Position numbers and translations under genes: made by a program
Notes under the pieces: model-generated
What the model was told of the DNA's origin: nothing
Seen by the model: the letters and a program-made list of their open reading frames with translations, nothing else
The model's database searches: none
Part shown: positions 58,274 through 64,000 of the stretch, piece by piece
Numbering within the stretch: the stretch's first letter is position 1
Layout of the letters: each line of letters starts with the position of its first letter
Assembly: GCA_963825865.1 (NCBI GenBank)
Contig: CAWGVG010000027.1
Location: 96,001-160,000, forward strand
Origin: an uncultured Nitrososphaeraceae archaeon
GTDB taxonomy: Archaea; Thermoproteota; Nitrososphaeria; Nitrososphaerales; Nitrososphaeraceae
Direction of reading: 5' to 3'
DNA length: 64,000 nucleotides

Positions 58274-59891
58274 CAGATGAAATAATCGGTAAGGGCACAT
58301 GGATTGATAAAGTAGCGGACAATCTTATAAAGCGTGAAAAAAAGTTAGGACGACAATTAGATCTCATAAGAGTAGAAAGTGGTCTGGGGGCCTCTGGAAT
58401 TCCACATATAGGAAGTATGGGCGATGCTGTCAGAGCATATGGGATAGCGCTGGCTATCCAAAACTTTGGTTACAAATCAGAATTGATTGCGTATTCTGAT
58501 GATATGGATGGGCTAAGAAAGGTTCCCTACGGTTTACCGGATTGGCTCAAAGAGCATTTAGCAAAGCCAGTTTCAAATATCCCTGATCCTTTTGGTGGAT
58601 GCCATGCATCCTATGGCACTCACATGGGTAATCTCCTTTTGGATGGACTTGATAAGGTTGGAGTAAAATATCGGTTCCAAAGTGGAGCAGAAGCATACAG
58701 GAAAGGTGTTCTTATAAGTCAAATCGACGCTATATTACGAAATAGCATTCGTCTTGGCCAAAAAATAGCCGAGTTTGTTGGTCAAGAAAAATATAATGAA
58801 ATACTGCCATATTTTCCTGTCTGTGGAAATTGCGGTAGGCTATATGTTGCAAGAGCTGAGAAATATTTACCAGATGAAAAGAAGAGTACTATACGTCTGC
58901 TCTGATAGCAAAATTGGCAATGAAGATCTGAAAGGGTGTGGACATAGTGGAGAAGTCGACATTCGTAAAGGAGAGGGAAAACTAGCATGGAAAGTAGAGT
59001 TTGCAGCAAGATGGCAGGCTCTTGATATCCGGTTTGAGGCGTACGGAAAAGATATCATGGATTCTGTGCGAGTTAATGATTGGGTTGCAAATGAAATTCT
59101 AGGATTTGCTCATCCTTTACATGTGAAGTACGAGATGTTTCTTGATAAGGGCGGAAAAAAGATCAGCAAATCTGCCGGCAACGTGCTTACTCCACAGATG
59201 TGGTTGAGATATGGGACACCCGAGTCCATTCTACTGTTACTGTTCAAACGTATCACGGGTACTAGACATATTGGGCTTAACGATATACCTGTATTAATGG
59301 ATGAATATGACCTTTATGAAGATGTCTATTTTGGTAAAGCGAATGAAGATAATTTAGCCAAGTTAACGAAGATAAAGGGAGTTTATGAATTTATTAACCA
59401 TTTAAAACCAGCAAAGCAGTATACTGTACATGTACCGTATAGAATTATAGTACAACAGGCTTCATTATTCACTGGTGATAAAAGAACGGACAATGTGTAC
59501 GAGAGATTATTAAAGTATGGAATAGTAAAAGAAAAGACAGATGATCTGATAAAAAGAATTAAGCTTGCATCTAACTGGTATGAAGATGTCTTCTCTGACG
59601 AAGAAAAATTTGAAATTGAAATGAAAGATAATCACAAGAAAGCAATAACAGAATTAATTCAATCTTTAAAATCGTTTATCGGTTATGAACAAAAGCCTGG
59701 AAACGCCAAAAAATCTTCAGTCCAAAGTATTTGATATAGCCCGAAATAACGCAATGGAGCCAAAAGAGTTCTTTATCCTGCTCTATAAGATGCTTATAAA
59801 CTCTGATAGAGGACCGAGAATAGGAAACTATGCCCTCGATTTGGGAATAGAGCGAACATGTAACATTCTTCAAAGATATTTGGTCAATTAG
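58270..59891 (+). CDS. lysS: Class I lysyl-tRNA synthetase; frameshifts near 58880 and 59700
   Basis: SGIPHIGS, SDDMDGLRKVP, KLAWKVEFAARW, FEAYGKD, KISKS and GPRIG motifs. Confidence 0.96.
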
Positions 59892-59956
59892 GCACTGGCC
59901 AAGGCCTCAAAGAACTACTTTTATATTAAATGCTGTCAATTTAATAATGGATTGAT

Positions 59957-60370
59957 TTGAGGAGAAAATTTGCTCAAAAGCCTCCTATGATTGTAATATC
60001 AGGCTCATGTATTAACTTTGAGAGAGAAAGGCAAAAGTTAATGGAGTTTATCGGTGAGCTAGAATGGGGAGCTCATGTTAAGAGTAAATTTGAATGCTCT
60101 TCTAATGGCAGTGCTATGGGCTGGGATTTCTTTCAGATTTATTTTGAGCCAGATTTTGTAGAAATTTTGCTTCAATTGCATCCAGATATTGAAAAGGAAG
60201 AAGGCCATATGATTGAGCAACAATTTGTACTGTGGCTTTCAAAACAACTTAAGAAAAAAAGTCTGGAATATTACCTGAAGCTAAGCGATGTCCCATATGG
60301 AATCACAAACGGCTTTAGGCTAAACCCTGATTATTATCGTGACGATAGTGAACTTGAAAAGCTGCGTTAA
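59957..60370 (+). CDS. Conserved-type hypothetical protein
   Basis: Clean 137-aa ORF. Confidence 0.75.
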   Translation: MRRKFAQKPPMIVISGSCINFERERQKLMEFIGELEWGAHVKSKFECSSNGSAMGWDFFQIYFEPDFVEILLQLHPDIEKEEGHMIEQQFVLWLSKQLKKKSLEYYLKLSDVPYGITNGFRLNPDYYRDDSELEKLR

Positions 60371-60667
60371 TAATACTATGTGTTATACGGTGTTGTTATT
60401 GTATATATATTGCCTATTAATAAAATGTGGCAGCATTCAGTAAGAATATAACACGCTCAGCATGGATAAAAATAGTATAGGTATGTACAAATAAATTTTT
60501 GATACCTTGATATTTGCAACCATCGGATTAAATATTAATTGATAACTATCAGAGACCATTTTTGGGATTAGATACTGCGATTCTTTTATATTTGTTAGGC
60601 GGAGAGAAGATACATCCTATTCACAAGCACACCAAGGTTAATAATTAACTAATGAAAATCTTCTTTA

Positions 60668-61127
60668 ATGACTCAACAGCAGAAGATCATTCCAAATGTG
60701 ATGATGTGGTTTTCTTTTGCTTCACTAGCTTTACTTTATGGTGTCATGCTCGCTCGGAATTTACATTACTGCTTCACATCAAGGGCTATCCTGTCTTGAT
60801 CGGCCGCTCTGCCCCAATGGATTTGATATTCCATCGCCCAAATATTTTTTTGAACATGTCCATAGAGTAATTGCAGTTATTACTGGAAGTATGATCCTCG
60901 TTACTACGGTATATGCCACAAAAAATGCTAAAAGTGTAAGAAAGACTGCTATTGCAGGAAGTATTATCGTTTCAGTTCAGATATTGTTGGGTATGTGGGT
61001 AGTCAATAACAAGTTAGAAGCTTTGCTTGTTGCAACACATTTGTCAACAGGTGTCTTGCTGTTTGCTATGACTTTAATGACTTTTTTATCTTCTTACCGG
61101 CTAACGAAGAATAATTCATGTGTATAG
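60668..61127 (+). CDS. ctaA: Short (four-TM) heme A synthase, COX15/CtaA family; frameshift near 60750
   Basis: GLSC.D.PLCPNG, FFEHVHR, QILLG and VATHL motifs; ATG at 60668 in the upstream frame. Confidence 0.85.
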
Positions 61128-61277
61128 TTTGTATGCTTGTCAATAAGCCACTGATTTCTAGTTCTAACGATAGCTTCATTGCGCGTACAATAATGATAAA
61201 TCACTATGATAATAATCCAAATAATATAACACGCATTTTCCAAAGCCTAAACTGTCTACACAGTTTACACGCCACAA

Positions 61278-61555
61278 TCATAGTATCAAATAAAAGTAAG
61301 AGTATGTGTAGCCCCATTGCCACTCATAATTATCCATAAGAGACCAATGCAAGTATCCCACGGCATCTGCACCATCGTCTATAGTTAGTTTAATTTGTTG
61401 AAGATGTGCTACAATAAATGGAGCACGATATTTATCAGATTTATAGGCAACACCGTTTTCGGTAATAAATACAGGTTTATTCCATTGATTTTTTACACGC
61501 ATAATCAAATGGTATAATCCTTCTGGATAGATTTCCCATCCTAAATCGTTTAGTA
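61278..61555 (-). pseudogene. C-terminal fragment of a glycoside hydrolase family 1 enzyme
   Basis: NDLGWEIYPEGL, ITENG and GYLHWSLMDNYEW present; the N-terminal NEP half is absent. Confidence 0.85.
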
Positions 61556-61744
61556 TATGGCTATGACAATGACGGTAGTTTTTTTATCCTGTACATGTAG
61601 ATCATTTATTAATGCTCCTCAGACAAACTTTGCTGAAGATAATGCAACTATGTGAGATGCAAATTTAGCGTTTATGTTTGTTTTTAATTACCTAATTATA
61701 GATTACATAATCCTTTTATTAGGAGCAGAGAGACAAGAACCTGT

Positions 61745-61966
61745 TTGGCAAGCTTCTGTCCAGAATGCGGTGGCGAATTAGAATTTGATCCCATTAGCAA
61801 GAATTTTATCTGCAAGAATTGCGGACTGTTTGCCTCCAGAGAGAAGATCGATGAATTACGTTATAAGGCAGAAAATGAATCTATGGATAAAAGAAGACGA
61901 ATGCATGATGGTTACCTTGAATGGTGGCAGACTTCAAAAAAAGATAAACAAAGAAGCAATGGGTAG
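61745..61966 (+). CDS. Small zinc-ribbon protein
   Basis: CPECGG...CKNCG and a YLEWW tail. Confidence 0.8.
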   Translation: MASFCPECGGELEFDPISKNFICKNCGLFASREKIDELRYKAENESMDKRRRMHDGYLEWWQTSKKDKQRSNG

Positions 61967-62021
61967 AGATAAATAAATTCCATCATACAATTTCCTAGAA
62001 TAAAATATCTTTCTTCTTTTT

Positions 62022-62528
62022 TTATGCTATTGCTGCATCAGCTTTGTATAGAATATCTCTTTTCAAGGAAACCATATGCTCTTCCTTTCTAGTTTTCAAA
62101 ACAGTCATTAATTCAATCTCTAGGATATGAGGTAATATGCGGATTTTATTTACTACGATATCTCTCATCTGATCCAAGTCTTTAGCACGGATCTTTAAAA
62201 GAAGATCAAACTTACCATGCATCTCATGAATTTCTAAAACTTCATCAACATTTGATAGGCTATCAGTAGCCTCATCTGCAAAACCAGGCTCAATATTTAT
62301 TCCCATAAATGCCAGATGGTCATAACCAAGGCGATCATTATTTACAGATATTGTAAACTTGCTGATTATGCCTGCAGCAATTAAACGACGAACTCTGATA
62401 TGTACTGTTGCGTCGGATATCCCGATCTGCTTGGCTATTTCAACAAATGGTGTTGATGAATCTTTACCCAAAATTTCTATTATTCTAAGATTAACATCAT
62501 CTAACAGATCATTATTACTAATCTGCAC
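62022..62528 (-). CDS. Lrp/AsnC family regulator
   Basis: EIAKQIGISDATVHIRVRRL HTH; EMHGKFDLL RAM domain. Confidence 0.95.
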   Translation of the reverse strand: MQISNNDLLDDVNLRIIEILGKDSSTPFVEIAKQIGISDATVHIRVRRLIAAGIISKFTISVNNDRLGYDHLAFMGINIEPGFADEATDSLSNVDEVLEIHEMHGKFDLLLKIRAKDLDQMRDIVVNKIRILPHILEIELMTVLKTRKEEHMVSLKRDILYKADAAIA

Positions 62529-62817
62529 GTTCGAATATGTGGTTTTGAGGTATAAATGCTTTTACTATAGTGTTTCATAGAATAACATGCGACAGTTTTC
62601 TTGCTATACTCATCGTAATATATGTAAATAGCCCTTTCATTAAGAATGATTTATCTGGTTGCAGGCAATTATTAAAAAATATTTTCTACAGAGCGTTTAA
62701 CAACCATTAAACAAAATGGAAGAGAAAAAAAGATAATGGGTAGGTTATTACGACCCTACTCAGTTTGTTTCTGTAATATAAAAAATCTGATAGGCGTGTT
62801 TCTTCTTATGTATCTGG

Positions 62818-63179
62818 CTAAAATGGAAGACTAGTTATATGTACTCCCGCATTTAGTAGACATTGCAATAGCTGTTTCTCTACAGGAAAAGGAACACTTG
62901 ATTCAGCTAGAACCACATCCAAATCGTTGAAATTGACGCCTTGTCTGAGAACAATTGTGCAAAAATCTTAAGCGATAACGGTCCAAAAATGGCTAGAAAT
63001 GTGTTTAACTGTTTTGGCGTAAGTAATTTCGTGAAACATTGTTCACAAGTTAGTTTCATTGGTGTTGGTGGTGTTGGTGCTGCTCCTTCCGATGTACAAG
63101 TTGCATTTTCACCTGGGTGTGTACATATCAGGTTTTCACACTCTTGGTCTACCTTTGATACATGTATTCTTTCTATCAA
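62818..63179 (-). pseudogene. Fragment of a Cys-containing secreted-type protein
   Basis: CTHPGENATC, TCEQCF and a frameshifted continuation ending QCLLNAG; no signal peptide or credible start. Confidence 0.5.
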
Positions 63180-63317
63180 AGTATCTAATTTTGTTGCGTC
63201 AAATAGGTCATTATGCTCCGTTGCTTATTTGTCGATGACACAAAACTTTATCCTAGCAAGGAAGCACTATCGGTAAATACTTTGATTACCTCTTTCTTTT
63301 ATGGTGCACATAATAAC

Positions 63318-63929
63318 ATGCAAAAGATTGGAGATAAAATAGTCTATAATACTATTGAAGAAATCCTAAATCCTTCGCATACAGCATTGGTGCTATGGGA
63401 TGTGCAACGCGCATTTACAAAAATGATTTTTAATAAAGAAGAATTTAGTAGGAATCTGAATTCAATTGTAGAATTAGCACGCAAATCAAATATTCCAATA
63501 TTCTTTACATCAATTCAAATGATATCAAAAAGATTTGAATCTTCAGCAAACATATACACTCTTGGTAAACTAGGATTTGACCGCTTATTCGAGCAGTTTA
63601 CAACTGAAGATATGGATTTTACAATAAAACCCAAACAAGATGAAATAGTAATAAATAAACATACAGCAAGTATATTCATAGACACAGGCTTTGAGCGCAT
63701 GCTTAGAAATGCCGGTATTATTACTATAGTATTTACAGGTATTGCTACAGAATATGGAGTAGAGTCTAGTGCTAGGGATGCATTCAACAGAGGATTCTAT
63801 TCTGTAGTAGTTTCAGATTGTGTGTCTTCGCCATATAAAGATGGACATGATAGATCAATTGAAAACATGAAGAATTTAATAACCATTATAAATTCAAAAG
63901 AGATTGGAAATGTTTGGTTAAAACTCTAG
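63318..63929 (+). CDS. Isochorismatase/cysteine hydrolase family protein
   Basis: TALVLWDVQ, K...S.F and GIATEYGVESSARDAFNRGF motifs. Confidence 0.92.
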   Translation: MQKIGDKIVYNTIEEILNPSHTALVLWDVQRAFTKMIFNKEEFSRNLNSIVELARKSNIPIFFTSIQMISKRFESSANIYTLGKLGFDRLFEQFTTEDMDFTIKPKQDEIVINKHTASIFIDTGFERMLRNAGIITIVFTGIATEYGVESSARDAFNRGFYSVVVSDCVSSPYKDGHDRSIENMKNLITIINSKEIGNVWLKL

Positions 63930-64000
63930 AAGAGGAGCATCTAATTTCCTTCTTATATTATATTTCTATTCTAATTTTGCAATACTGTTAAAGTTTGGGG

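Overview
AT-rich archaeal DNA, almost certainly from an ammonia-oxidising archaeon (Nitrososphaerales-like). This rests on the archaeal information genes (EF-1alpha, uS10, eS25, eS8, Rpo6, aCPSF1, EndA, class I LysRS, Elp3, ATP-dependent ligase, ScpA/B) and thaumarchaeal-type surface proteins. Many genes, including essential ones, carry single-base indels, so most frameshifts are probably consensus errors rather than pseudogenes. Positions 1-18.5 kb form a copper-associated accessory island: CopA, a CopC-CopD-YtkA-like-beta-propeller fusion and about ten secreted or membrane-anchored proteins. Five of these are predicted to start with His after signal-peptide cleavage, and three genes share a 20-bp upstream motif (TTCGATDGWTGTACYAYAAA). 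This is the best candidate for an undescribed system. Also present: two IS elements with TIRs and target duplications, a repeat-rich PKD surface protein, an SDR with malonyl-CoA-reductase-like motifs, a structured leader before aCPSF1, an operator-like palindrome array between divergent wHTH genes and a GC-rich Vgb gene. No CRISPR, rRNA or tRNA was recognised.
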